A stretch of 64,000 bases of DNA from Takakia lepidozioides (lineage: Eukaryota; Plantae; Bryophyta): positions 55,862,001-55,926,000 of the forward strand of contig CM060734.1 in NCBI GenBank assembly GCA_030704615.1, given 5' to 3'. Below the pieces are notes generated by a model. The model made no database searches, was not told the DNA's origin, and saw only the letters and a program-made list of their open reading frames with translations. Position numbers and translations under genes: made by a program. This document shows positions 1 through 13,421 of the stretch, one piece after another; positions within the stretch are counted from its first letter, which is position 1; the number at the start of each line of letters is the position of its first letter.

Positions 1-114
1 ATACTGGTACTTCACAGCCATGACAGCTCTCTCAACCCCTCCATTTTTTTTTCTTTTGGTTTTTTTGGCGCTAGGAGAGAGCAGCAACTCTGCTGTCTCC
101 TTCCCCTTGCTTAT

Positions 115-340
115 GCCGATTGTTAAAGGGGAAATTGTCATTCTGAACTCTGCCTTGGTGGACATGTATGGCAAATGTGGGTGCAGCAAGCCTGAAGTGA
201 AGGGAAAGTTTGACAATATGGCTGAACGAGATGTGGTAAGGTATGTGCAGCATGGGTATGGGATTAAGGCTTTGGAAACATAAGAGCAAATGATGTGGGA
301 AGGGATGAAGCCAGACCATGCCGTCATATTCATTTGTTTT
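115..340 (+). pseudogene. PLS-type PPR gene fragment (degenerate)
   Basis: Translation reads ILNSALVDMYGKCG..KFDNMAERDVV..YVQHGYGIKALET*EQMMWEGMKPD. These are classic PLS PPR motifs with an in-frame stop and deletions, and the fragment abuts a copia remnant. Confidence 0.8.
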
Positions 341-374
341 TATAATATGCATGTTTTGTACTGTCAAATGCTTC

Positions 375-773
375 TATTTGCTGGAGCAGTAAGAAGCAAC
401 CAACAATTGTTTTGTCTACAACGAAGGCTGAGTACATGGCTGCAACTCATGCTACAAAGGAGGCGATTTGGCTTCGCAAATTGCTTCTGGATATTGGTTA
501 TCCTCAAAAGGGTCGCATGACTATTTTTTGTGATAATCAAAGTTGCATTTACGAAGAATCCAACGTTCCATGCACGAACTAAACACATTAAGATTCAACA
601 TCACTTTGTGCGTGAGAAGGTTGAGGGAGGAGAAATGGACCTGGTGTTCTGGAGTACTGACAGTATGATTGCAGATATTTTGACCAAGGGTCTTACTCGC
701 GAAAAGCATTCACAGAGATGATGGGGGTTGTTAACTTCCAATCTTAGTAACGGATGTTTTCGTTGAGTAGGAG
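375..773 (+). mobile_element. Ty1/copia RNase H remnant and polypurine tract
   Basis: Reads KQPTIVLSTTKAEYMAATHATKEAIWLRKLL..TIFCDNQS, then a frameshift, then KNPTFHARTKHIKIQHHFVREKV..MIADILTKGL. A PPT-like GAGTAGGAG lies at 765-773. Confidence 0.9.
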
Positions 774-1195
774 TGTTAGAATTAGGATGGATGAAATTTT
801 GGGTTCAACTCATTATCTGTTAGATATTCTAGATGCCTAGAATAGATGCGGCTTAGAATAGATGCGGCTTAGAATAGCTATTGGATATACTAGATACTTA
901 GAATAGCTATTAGGTAAGCCTTGAGGGAATAGACATCTCTGGGTGGGAGGTGGGTATTGGGCTCAGGGGAGAGTAAAACTATCTTTGAATCTTTGTGTCT
1001 TTGTGCATACCTCTATGGTTGGGAAGAGAGCTCCTTTGTAATAGAGTCATGTATTGTTTCATCCCTGCATCTTCAGAAGTATGTGTGTGTTTTCTTGACA
1101 GCTATTGCACAGTGTGACACTCCGGTGGTATGGGGATCAAATCCTTCTACTAATCTTGTCATGTGTTCTATCATCTATGGTTTCGCGGCGTGTCA
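774..1195 (+). mobile_element. Putative 3' LTR of the copia element (right end uncertain)
   Basis: Starts TGTTAG immediately after the PPT and contains the tandem 16-mer TAGAATAGATGCGGCT (838-869) plus TAGAATAGCTATT repeats. The end is a guess at a TGTCA. Confidence 0.55.
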
Positions 1196-1655
1196 TGTAT
1201 ACTTCATGGGGTACACCGAAATATGAGAGGCTCAAAGTGCAGACTATCACAAGTTTGAAACATATAGCAATGGCCCAGTGCTTTGGCATCTGTAGGTCTG
1301 GGGTTCAACCCCCTGTGGGCTCCTCTGCCTTGGGCTGGGGTTCTGAGGGGCTTAATTATGCCCCTCAACAAGGGCTGCAGCTGGTCCCTTCCAAAAGACT
1401 TGAAAAAATTGAAGTAATTAATAGTTTTGGATCCGAGTGAGCATTTTTGCTATACTAGACTAGATGTACACCCCAGTGAGGAAGATGGAGTGTGTGGATC
1501 CGAGCTGAATCGAGATGGTGGATCGAGAGTTTGAGATTCGGTTTGATGGTCACACGGATCGCGCAGTTGAGAATTAGACTGGGTTGTCGAGATGGCAACA
1601 TTCGATCCGGGCGCCATCGCAGAGAGTAGATGTTGCAGTGCAGACTGCAAGAATG

Positions 1656-4041
1656 TCACTTCTGGATGAGCATTGGGCGCATCATGATATTGTCTTCGTG
1701 ATCGAGAAGGTGGCAATGCCACATGTAGCCAGGCAGTAGTAGTTGGATCGAACGGGAACGGACCTCCATCTTGTGATGTGAAGCGAATGAGAAACCTGGT
1801 CACGTTTCCAGGCCAGGCCATTGCAGTATCCTTCCACCCCAAGGAGTCATCGTCTGGGGGCCTCACCGGCCCAATGTAGCAACTGCTGTTGGTGTTCACA
1901 TCAGAGGAGTTGTTCAAAACGCAGGTCTTGTTGAGGAACGAGGTTACGTTGTAAGATTGCTGGTTAAGGATTTGGAATCTGACGAGATGTATGTGGATGG
2001 GGTGGCCAACCCCGTTCGTTGCAGCGTTTACAATTTCCCATATCTCAGTTGCGTTCTCTCTGGGTAGCTCAGTGGCAGGGGAGTTCCAAGTGCGATTATC
2101 CAGCAACAATGAAGTTGCGATGCCGCCTTGATCGATTTCCAGGAGAGTCAGTTGTCGGATGACGGACACATCGCTCACTGACACCTCTACCGGGTCCCGC
2201 AATACCTCAGGAATTGAACTGTTGTCTGTCCGCACGTCCTCTACCACTCGAAACTGCATCACTGGCAGAACCTGAGACATCCAGTTTACAGTTGATTGTA
2301 AAACAACCATTTACAATTCTACAACAGATCTAGTTTAATATGGATTTATGAACGTCTGAAGGTAGCTCTTATATACCTGTATGGCGCCAATATCTGGAGT
2401 TCCGTAGGGAAAAGGAACCGGGCCCGTGTTGTTGAGGATGACATCAGTATTAGGTTGCAGAATCGAGAAATCGACGATCAGATCGGCTCTCTCAGCTGGG
2501 GAGATTCGAACTTCCCTCTGTTGGATTGGCGCGTCGAGAAACCCACCATCGGTGCCGATCCTCGTGAAATTCAACCCTGAACTATTAAAAGAGAGAACGA
2601 GGGTCCTGGAGTTCGCCCCATTCACGAATCTTAGCCTGTATTTGCGAGCAGAGACATTCAAATACGGCCAAACCTTCCCGTTAACAACAATAGTGTCCCC
2701 CACATATTCAGGGCACCAGTTGGGGTGAACATCTGGGAGTTGTCCAACATTCGGAAAATTGATGGAGCCGTTGGGGAAAAATTGCTTGTCTTGCAAGATC
2801 AGTACGATATCAAACTCTCCCGAAGGCAGATTCAGAGCTTGTTCAGTAGCATTATCACCTTGGACGATGTAAGCTCCTGCAAGACCAGCAGCCACATTGA
2901 GCCTGGTAATTCCGACAGTGTGATCGTGATACCACAATAATGAAGGTCTCAGTGAATTCGGATAGGTGTAATTCTGTGTAACCCATTTGGGACCTGTTTC
3001 TCCTGTGCTGGTGATCCAGGCATTGGGATGTCCATCCGAGGCACTGTCACACTCCATCCCATGCAAATGTGTCACAATAGGCACTCCACCATTCTCTGGG
3101 TTCGCCCAGTCGAGGCTCCGGTCGACGGTGAATATATGATCTCCCTCGATGTGATTTTCCCATAGGATTGTAACTGGTACATCCATCGTTGCCATCAAAG
3201 TCGGCCCGGGATACATCGCAGTGTCACTGCTTGTCCCATATGCATACAGCTGAGTCTCATTAAGATCTCGGTGTAGTTTCTGCAGTTTTTCAAGTGCACG
3301 CAATTCAAGCAACTGCAGCACTATAGGAGGATTTGAAAAATCAAGTATGCATGGCTCATACGAGTCCTCATCCTACCAGACCTTGTCCTGTATTCATGTG
3401 GCCAGGTACTTAAGAGGGTGAGGATGGATCGTGACCGAGATTCAATGGTACTTGTAAACATCTATTGAAACAGATCATTCCTGAAAACAGGGCTCCAATG
3501 CGGCACCCCTAGAACTGATATAATTATATATGTCAAGCCTGATAAATCGTTAGATGGTATCATGTGGCCCGGAGTCCACAGAAATTGATATTTTCTGGGA
3601 GTCTCAATCCACGCCCTGAACTATAAGTGTCTAGACGTCAAAGTCCTCGCTTGATCAAGGTAGTGACTGCCTCGGTGACGGGTTGATTTCATACGCACAG
3701 AGATCTAACCACATACACATTATAGATCTGTACAACTTGAGGATAGAAAATGCATACTGTGTACTTACCTGTAGTATTGCATAAGTTCCTAATGTAAGCC
3801 CGCTGCCGTTCGTAAGATCAATAGTCGGAAGAATTGGCAGAGCATCGACGTATTTTGTGAGGTTTGGAGAGGCGCTGAGCTCGAAGCAAACTGATGACGC
3901 GTTGTATTCTGCTGTTGTTTGTGCTGCTGTGCTCACTGATTTGAAACCCAACCACAGAATTCCGTAAACGATGAACGTCGTGAGCATGTCCTGAACACCG
4001 CATATCCTGCCCCTCGTCATTGCCACCATCTTTCTGCCCAT
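1656..4041 (-). CDS. LPR1: Multicopper oxidase, LPR1/LPR2 (CotA-like) family, with a 1-nt frameshift near 1734-1743 (possible pseudogene or sequencing error)
   Basis: Exons 4041-3769, 3279-2377 and 2271-1656 with GT-AG phase-0 introns. Has an N-terminal hydrophobic segment and the motifs [28 protein letters not shown] and [33 protein letters not shown] is present only in the shifted frame. Confidence 0.9.
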
Positions 4042-6844
4042 AATTTACAACCAAGGTTCAAATGTTTGACATCAATACAATCAAAAATCCAGAAGGACAA
4101 ACTAAAAGAAAGAAATACTAGCTCGAAGAGTGAGCTCCCGAAAATTTATTTCACATATTGCACACATTATCGCATGGATCAACTCTCTGCGATGGTGGAT
4201 AGTTGTCATCTACTTTGAATTACACCTACTTAATGCAGGTTATTAGTTTGAGAAACATAACACGTTCCAGGATGGATGTCACAATACAAACACTAAATTG
4301 CCCCTTACGAACTTTCTTAAGCGGTTGTTGAATGCCCTAGCATAAGACTTGCTGCCCAAAGCTTCAGAGCGACTCTTGAGGATCAAAGGGTCCAAATCAG
4401 CAGCTCCAGCAAACTCAAGAGTGTCCATTGCAGTAATGTCGAGGAGGATTGCAGAACAGCCCCAAAACAGTTCAAAGCCTGTAAACACTAGAACAACAGA
4501 CTCAGATGGATTCTCCAGCATATATGGTTACAGTTAGAACAGGGAAATGGGTTATTGCAAATTTGTGACTAGAAGGTCAAGCAAATGTTTTTGTAGTCTG
4601 GACAGAATTAGAAGTCGGGAAGTATTATTTCTTCCCGCTCAATATGATCTCCATCTTGTCGACGTTGTTTGGATAACAAGAAAAGAGTGCATGCATGCAA
4701 ATCCTATACCAGCGACAGTGGCCCCAGTTTTCCTTGGACACATAGATTGGCCCCAGCTGCAGCTGGCGAGCTTCCACCACCCTCTTCCAGCAAGGGATTT
4801 ACGTGCGATTTCTGGAATGCCTGCCGGTCAGCGGCCCCTGCTTTCACGTTTGTGCGGCTACCTGCTCTGACAGTTCCTGCCTTCCCTGATCTTCTAGGGG
4901 TCTGGACTCTGGACAACGAAATAGAAACGACTGAAGCGGATAGAGGAAACAAACCACTGAAGGAGTTGAAATTATGATAGTCAAACACAGGAAAGTGTAC
5001 CTTATCTAGAGATATGTCAAACAGTGTGCAGTGCACACACGGACAGACACAAAGATAAGTAGAATGTGAGAGGCAAGCTCTCGTCCCAGAGAGACGAAGG
5101 ACTAAACTCTAGAATATTAATACTGGTGGACTTGCCACAACTATATTAGTATACTAACTACCACTCTTGTTTCTTAAAGCAAATTTGCAGGGAAACAGAA
5201 GATTACTGACAGAGCTTAGCTACTTGATTACGACAAAGACGGCTTCATTTGGCACGCCCCCAACACGACATGCCAGCCTACCTTCCCTACCACATGCAAA
5301 CATCACCTTAATCTGGTAGGCCATCAACCAAAACCCACCAGTATTTGTTGGTGATCTTGAGTCATCGCCTGGAGGAACCAGTTTCCTTATGAAGGCACAC
5401 TGGACACTAAGATTGAGCTGCTCTTTGTGAGGAGCTTATCCTGCAAATTCTTTGGACCTACCGAGCTCTAACAAGATTACGATGCCTCATGTAACCAAGC
5501 GCACTGTGCCTTTGAGCCAAATGCATTGTGCACATTTGTTGACAGCAGCATCCAATCGAATTTTTTTGGAGGAGGAAGAATTCAGCCCTCTAGAAATCTT
5601 TGGCGCCAATTGCTGTGGGCCTATGACATAGTAAATGACAACTAATATAAGTTTCGGATGAAAATGTCAAAAATTCCCTCGTAAAATCTAACTTACTTTG
5701 GATGGAAATCAACAATATTATGTAAAGGCTGCAGCAAAAGACAAGGGTGTTATACCAGGGCCACAGGCCAAATACGTCCGAGGAACGCAGCTCCCATAAC
5801 AGGGGGCCTTGGTTGTCATACCGTCCCTAGACTGGCGCTCCTGCTTCTAGGCAACCGAGTTCTCCAATGCTTAGAGAACTGCGTTATGGAGCGAAACGGA
5901 ACATACGTTGTGGGAAGCGCGCACCAGATCGTAGAGGTCATTTTCACGTGTGTTGTGGGCCGTTGGATTACCCAGAATGTTAGGCCGTTAGATTATATAC
6001 CATCTCCATCGCTCATGGTTTGCCACATGTTCACCACATCGTGGGAGGGTAGCCTGTGTGGCCGCCGTCGGCAACCCTTTAAGGCATATTCTATTTCGGC
6101 CAATAGCACCTCGTTAATCCTGGGGCAATTCATGGGGCGCTTGCAGCTGCCCAATGCAACCTGGCTCCTACTCTATGCCAGCAGTACTCGAACCTCCTCA
6201 ACTCCTAGCAGCAAAGGTCAGAGGTGATAAACATCAAATTCATCAGTACAAAAGATCCAGAACGAAACGCTTTCCGTCTCACAAATACGAAGCTAGTCTA
6301 GAGTGAATCCACACATGGATGTTTGGGAATGAATCAAGATGAAAGAATGAGAAATCACATCATCAGACTCTCCTTCACTTCTCTAAACAAAGACAAAAAT
6401 AGATAGGAGTTGGCAAGTTAAAGTTTGTGGAACTCCAAGGTACAACAGTTAAGGATGCAGTTGGTGGAATCCATAGTCATGGTGTGATCTCAAGAGAGGG
6501 AAATCCTTGAAACAGTCAAACCCCAGCAAACAAACATCTTTCTGCACGTAATCTGCAGGAGTTTTTCTGTGAAACCATGTTCACAGACTTTAATACATAT
6601 AAAGAGGGCATTCACATCCCGTTACAGATCAAAAGGCCCCAGTCACAAGGTGTGGTCTAAGTTGTTGTGTCCCACGCTCAAATCTCAAAAGGTGGTCTTC
6701 AAAAGGCAATTAACTAAAAATCCCATGAACTCATCAGAGGGATAGCCAGTGGTACATCTGCCAAAATGTCTTACACAATTCAGGAGGCTAACATGTACAG
6801 AAACCAAGCCATATACAGATCTACACCTTACACGTCATGCCGTA

Positions 6845-9800
6845 TTACCCAGTGGTCCTCCATTGCAACTCCACCTGTATCTTCCCGTTCTTCGAATCAA
6901 TCAACTGGTACGTCTCATTGATCCTTTTGTTGGTAACCACATCTGCAAGGCTTATGTCCACATATCCCAAGGATTCCTGTTCGCAACAGATGCTCAAAAT
7001 CAGAAAAAGATGAAATGTTTGCTTGCAATGCCTTTCCTCTAAGCAAATGCGATAACAATACATTGCGAGCTAACTTTATATTCCATGTTGAAAATGAATA
7101 AATTCACATTCACATTTGCAATTTCATGAGGTTCTCAATCCTAAGGACTCCCAATAATCCACAATTTTACCCAACAAAAACCAAAATCTGCTATCTCATG
7201 TACACGATGCCCTATACAACTCTAGCTTCTCTGTTCACTTTCACCCTTATTTGTGTTGAGTGTAGGTCTGTGCTTTCATCCTCAACCAGCACTTCTTCCC
7301 ACTGTAAGAAATACTAATGAAAGTAGGAGAAAAGAGGGTGACGTTACCTTGAAGTGCATATGCAAGCCCAAACTCTTACTCATGACCTCGACATGGAGAC
7401 GGTGGTTGACGGGAGGCTCATCAAGCTCAAATCTGAACTCCTCTTCCCAGCGTGGATCCCTGTTCTTTTTAATGTGCTGCTTGACGCACCCATTCAAAAT
7501 GATCCCACACATCCTTAATCAGAAGACCTGGAAGTAGTGAGCTCCAGAAGCTCTCATATTCTCCCTTTCTATATGACAATGAAACATGCTAGAAATAGCT
7601 CTACAAATTACAGGGTTAGGTGTTTGTCAGTCATATGGGGGGGAAGGAATCATCTTCTTCATTAACTTCCAAATATCCCTACACAAAATCCTGAAGGAAG
7701 GGTTCAACAATAGATGCACAGTAGCATACCTTTGACTTTTTCTCCTCGCCTCCAAACACAACTCGGACGTAAGGATTGGTGTGATGTTTGCCCTCCACAT
7801 CTTCAGCCTCGTGCACTATCACCACCAACAGCCCTCCCCCCTCGGGTGTACCATCTGGCGCACTCTCCACCCCATTTGCTCCCACTTCCTCCTCAATACC
7901 AGCACCTGTCTCATCCTGCTTGTCACCAGAAGTCTGGGTGAGTAAGACGCAGCATAATTCTTCACTCTACATCAGATTAAAAGTCTCGCCCAACCTCTGT
8001 CGATGTATGTGACACATCATACATGCCACACATCAGAAGTCTCTGAAATGATTACCTATGACATCAGCCATGAAATCTCCAAGTCCTCACTGACATGGAA
8101 TGTCTAATTGAACAAGGAAACAATAAAGCTCATTAATGTGTCTTCAACTTTAGCAAATATGTTGTGTGCAAACTCATGACAGTACCTCCCTAAAAGGCTT
8201 GTACATCAATTCAACCGTGATCTCGCCCCAATCTTTCTTGTTGCGGTCGTCATTGGGGTCCATATTCTTGAGCAGGCGCAAGTTGTATGTCTTAGGCTCT
8301 AACTCCATTAATTCCTTGAGAGGCACCACCTGCATCCCCATCTTCTCGTGCGCCCCTATCTGCACTCAAACCCCAATTTCATTTCTATCAGCTTGAGTGG
8401 GAATGTTTGCGCAGTGAGAAACAGAGACGGTGAAAGCGGGTATTGTTCATATCCTCGCAAGAATAACAGAGAAGAAAAATTGAACAACATTATGCACACA
8501 TGGGTAGTGGGGGTGTGGGGTGTGGGGGGGGGGTTAAGAGACCTTCTCCCAGTCGTAAACATGGAACTCGATTGATTGAGATTTGGGGTCCTGAACAAGA
8601 AACTTGAAAGTCTCATTCCATTCAGGATTAAGAGTGTTCATTTTGGTGCGGCTTGTCTTGGAAAGAAGTGTATTCACGAGCTGCAACTTAACATAGGGGT
8701 CAGACTTCCCCATGACATCCTTGTTGGTCAGGTTTTTTCCTCGGAGAACTTTCACTTGCAGCATGCCCACTGGCCTCTTTACTGCACTGTAAAGGACAAC
8801 ACGGTATGGCAATATGAGGACATGCAATGGAGTAACATGTCATTGAAGTCAAGCAGACTTACAAACCTACATATAGTTGAAAACAAATTTAGTCTTGCAA
8901 GATAGGGCGTACAATCTTTCATTCTTTGCATGTACATAAGGTGCAGCTATTGCAGCTCACATGCATGGACATTAAGCAAAATTCACAATTACGTTGGTTC
9001 CATGCCCTGTGACTGAATTCAAATCTTACGATGGACACGAACCAAGAAACCAAGCCTTGTTGGATAAGTTACATGAGGCTTGCAGTGTCATTGACAGTCT
9101 ATTAATTAAAATCTTTGGAGTTTCCAGATTTCCATCAGTTCCACACACAACCAATAACCAAAGAAAAGTTCCAAGTACTCGCTACAAGTTCCTACACAAT
9201 ACAGACAACATTTTCATTAATGCAGGAAACAAGGTCCAATTCTCCGAAAATTACCTGGGATCATCAATTACTGGAATTTCTAGTGTTTTGGGCCACATAT
9301 ACATATGGGCAACCTGCTCCTTGATGAGATTCTGCATGCACCAACCAAACGATAATCAGTCAGACCAGGGAAAAATCTCACTCGTCGTAACTTACCTCTA
9401 GGATAACAAGCTGCATAACATGCCCATCCATCCGAACAATGTCTCACCACTTCCCACAAATATCCAGACATCATACTGGTCAATAAGCAAAACCACAGAC
9501 ACTGAACTTCCAAACGCAAGTGCTACACAAGAGCTAGTGCTTGCCAGCATGCTGTGACACATGCGGAACTTCAGGCTGCTACAACCTGAATGGCAGCACA
9601 CAGGCAATCTTCCTATAGTGAGTACCCTCCTTCCATCAAAGCAACAGGCTGCTACCTCACTTGGCTTCAAACAGTCATACTGCACACTGACCATCCAGTA
9701 TATGTACTTACTAACATCATTACATACTTTACGTGTATAAGCTTAAACTTTCAACCTGCTGGTATCAACTTGTTTATTGAATGCACAGAACCACCCGACA

Positions 9801-12648
9801 ACTGAGTCTTGAGTTTTGCAACAGGCCCACTTGAAGGTGAAAATTTACTCAATATTCAGACCACATACCTGGACAATGCCATACAACCCAGGAATCGCCA
9901 TGATGTCTCCCCCTAAAAGCTTCAACCCAAAGTCTACATGGGGCTGCAGCACAAGGGAGCAGGACACACCATTACATATGTTTAAGGAGAGTAACATCAA
10001 ACAGCCACATTGAACATTACCTAAATGGACAGTGCATTTTAAGAGAGAATTTATAAGTGTCTTTTGAAGCACCTTCCTTCAGCAAACTTTGTTACAACCC
10101 ATAATCAATCTTAGAAGCTCGCTGTCAAACAAGGCACTCATAAATTGCTTCCTTGCATACAATTAAGCTGTTCCCGCCATATTCCAATGCATAACCTTCA
10201 TCACCAAAATACACACCTTCCTGTCTTTCCCTCTCTCAACAACAGATCCTCCATACCTTTTCCATCAAAGAAACAATAATCTTGGAGAAGCAGGGGAAAA
10301 CTGGAATCAAAGGCTTTAATGTAACTCGCGCTGTTGCAAATACTTGCACATCCACCAACTGCACCCACTCACCCCAAAGAGTGCAACACAGATGATAATG
10401 ATACTGTAATCATCTTATGCTGCTTGCATTAGGCTCTGAATGAGCAATGTTTTGTGCATGTGGGTGAGAGAGAGAGAGACAGAGAGCTTCAGGAAAGCAT
10501 CTTAAGAGGAACACTACCGTAGGAGTCACAGCGAGAGGAAAATACATGTACAAACCTGCAAAGTTGCTTTCATTCCAAAGGCTTTCACAGCTAGAATGAT
10601 GTTGGGGTTCCCTGCAAACTTAAACGAGGGCTCAAGAATCATCTCTTTCTCCTGTGTGTCATAGACTTTCATGCCTGCCATCCAAACATATACCACATTT
10701 AGACATACAGAGTAAAATTGACAAACAGTTTTAAAATGAAGCAACCAATCATATCTCAGTAGTTACATAAACTAAGTACTACCCTGTGGACTCTGCATAA
10801 CATCCATGAAGGACCAATACTTGTAAATGGCCCAAACATGCAAGCATCATAAAGTTATGAGAACTATCTGCCAAGCACACATAATTTGCAAAAGTTCTTG
10901 CAGATGATAGACAAACTTTACAAGCATGTTCAAGCCAAGAATTCTCGAGCAGAGAAAGGATGCAGACTAGATTATCAGAAGCCACACGAACCATTGTCAG
11001 CACTGCCAATTGATAAATGATTCAAAGGGCAAAAAAGACAGTCACCTACCCACAAACGTCGGGGGAAGTGTGCCCAGAGTTAGCGACTCAAATTCAATTG
11101 AGTCCAGCTTGAATTTAGGGCCATAGTCATTAATGAAAGGTTGTGCCTGCTCCCGGATAATCTTGCAAATAGCCTGCCACCCACTAATGTCATTAACTAC
11201 TGCCAATGCTTCACACAGACATAGGATGTACAGCAACACTTCAACCTAAACGTTAGTAATGAATGTGAAAGAACATTCCACAATCTGACAACACCACATC
11301 CAGCAGCCCAGGAAACCCAAAAAGGATAGATGGACGAAAACCTTGTCAAGGTAGGGCCATAAATCTTTCAGAAACTTGTTTAACCAATCCACCTGTCATT
11401 CAGCCATTGACATCCAATCATCACACCCTCACATTAATGAGGGCAGTAATTTCAAGACCGAGCTAAATAAAAGCAGCACCTGACAATGATGCGTACATGG
11501 GCACATGATCGCTGTCTCCTGAACAAAACATGCAAATTGAAGTACATACAATCTTGTGCAGTGACACAATGGTGGCAGCCAAGGCTGCTATATGCACATT
11601 GTCTCAACCACCTTCAAGCAAGCCTTCTAGGGTCACTTGGGACTACTCACCATGTGGAGTCAAAACCAAACTATTCAAACTAAAGATCCACAATTCGGTT
11701 TTGGTTCAGTACCCGTTCATAATCAGGATTCTTGACCCAAAGAGGGATCTCAGGTATCAAGTCGCGAAGCGACTCTGAATCCAACTCTGCCAATGGCCTT
11801 ATGATGGGTTCCTGCACACCAGCCCACCAATTCCTCCCTCAAGCTTCTGGTGTAATTCTGTATCCCCTATCATATCCACATACATACAGAATACATATAT
11901 TAACTTGCAACAGGCTCGGCCAAGTTCCTTCACAAAATTATATCTGAAGAGACAATTATATAGACAAGGAGGACTATAACTATGTCCTAACCGGTCTGAT
12001 TAAAGAACCCATTTCCCCTCAGTGGGAGTGCCACGTGGTAACTATCAAGACACCATCATGGGGACTGAGAACACTTGCCTTCAAAGGAATTATCTCTAGC
12101 CTCTCCTAACTGCATGTAAGTGCTTTAATCCGGTGGTTCCTCAGACAATGGTTCTCGGTGAATGAAGATATGATCCATCCCATTAACCACAGCCTGTCCA
12201 TAGAGGTCACAAGCAAATCTTGGGATTCTTGAGCTCAAAGAGAGATTTATATCGATATCTCTGGCATGCACCTCCAAAAAGTGCGTACAGCGGAAGAATT
12301 GTATGTCTGAATGAGACATTGCTGCCAGCATAAAAAGATCTCCACACAGTGCAACGCAACCGCGGCGTGGAATCCACGTAACTACAGATCCTTGGCGTTA
12401 ATTTTGAAATTCTCAGGCACAAAAGGCCCAATGCGTGACTTTAAACCTAGAAAAAAACCCCGACTCACCAGAATAGCACATTCAGATGTGCATACAACAA
12501 CACAATACTGGGAAAAGAGAGGGGGACTCAGAAGTACCTTGACATCAGATGGCTGCAAGTAGATGAACATGAAGTAGCCCGCAACCACCCCCAAGCTGAC
12601 TCCCCATGAGAACCCCACCAACCCTAGAACTGTGCTCACTATACCCAT
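6845..12648 (-). CDS. SYT1: Plant synaptotagmin (TM-SMP-C2-C2), SYT1/SYT2-like, about 546 aa
   Basis: 13 exons, all GT-AG with the frame preserved: 12648-12538, 11811-11713, 11392-11342, 11173-11050, 10674-10556, 10358-10257, 9943-9869, 9331-9255, 8786-8543, 8359-8186, 7933-7730, 7476-7348, 6976-6845. Motifs: PLWVKNPDYERVDWLNKFL, LTLGTLPPTF, GKSDPYVKL, GKHHTNPYV, KKNRDPRWEEEF, LIDSKNGKIQVELQWR. Confidence 0.95.
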
Positions 12649-12825
12649 CCCTCTCTGGCAGCACAAGAATGCAGCAACGCAGTCTAAACCCTCCTTCCCT
12701 GGCAATCCCTCACAGACAGCTCTGCCTCCATCGCCTCTGTGTTCTCAACGGACCCGTGTAGGGCTCTTCTTATCGGTTCTTCCTCCTCCACCCGCGCAAT
12801 GACCGGCGCCAACCCGTGCCCACCG

Positions 12826-12876
12826 ACACGTCTCGTTGCTGGTCACCGTCACGTGGCCGGTCACCGTGTGACGTGT
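12826..12876. promoter_or_regulatory. ACGT-core (G-box/ABRE) cluster upstream of synaptotagmin
   Basis: ACACGT, CACGTGGC (12850-12857) and GACGTGT fall within about 50 bp, about 200 bp upstream of the SYT ATG, together with a duplicated GGTCACCGT. Confidence 0.4.
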
Positions 12877-13016
12877 TCGGTGGTGTACCAGGTCTGCCAA
12901 ATGGCACTTTGTTGGAACTTCCGTTACAGATAATTGTCCCGTTAGGTTAAAGGATGCCTTATTTCAAATTGGAGAACATCAAATCGTCCCCACCCCCTTT
13001 CAAGAGTGACACAGAT

Positions 13017-13095
13017 TGGAGTGACACCAGAGACACTGGAGTGACATGGGATGAGGTAACAGCACCGGAGTGACATGGGATGTTGGAGTGACACT
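13017..13095 (+). repeat. Short spaced repeat, 4 x GGAGTGACA
   Basis: TGGAGTGACACC..TGGAGTGACATGGGATG..CGGAGTGACATGGGATG..TGGAGTGACAC in the intergenic region. Confidence 0.7.
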
Positions 13096-13421
13096 GGAAC
13101 GCCATTGGACACCGAATGGGAGGGAATATCACTCCAATTAGCGTCACAAAATTTAACTGAGTAACAGTGGAAGAGACATGTGCCTCTTCATATTGAAATT
13201 TTTCTTTCTTTCTTTCTACCAATGTTGCAAAACTCTGCCATGCGAGTCATATAGGGGGAAGGCGCCCCCACACACATTGACAGTTTTCATTCATTTAGTA
13301 GTTCATAAAAAATCAAAGTATATCAATGGGGTGTACTATAACAGACCCATTCCTTTTTGGTGGTGGTATAGAAGTTCCACTGACCGAATAGTAGTTCTAC
13401 TATCGAGTTAACATTGAGATT

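Noticed and set aside
1450-1655. Ser/Thr/Pro-rich tail as the genuine LPR1 C-terminus
   Set aside because: It arises only from the frameshift, and the conserved terminus ends at 1656.
13017-13095. Repeat-spacer array
   Set aside because: The repeats are only 9-16 bp with irregular short spacing, so they are treated as a simple dispersed motif.
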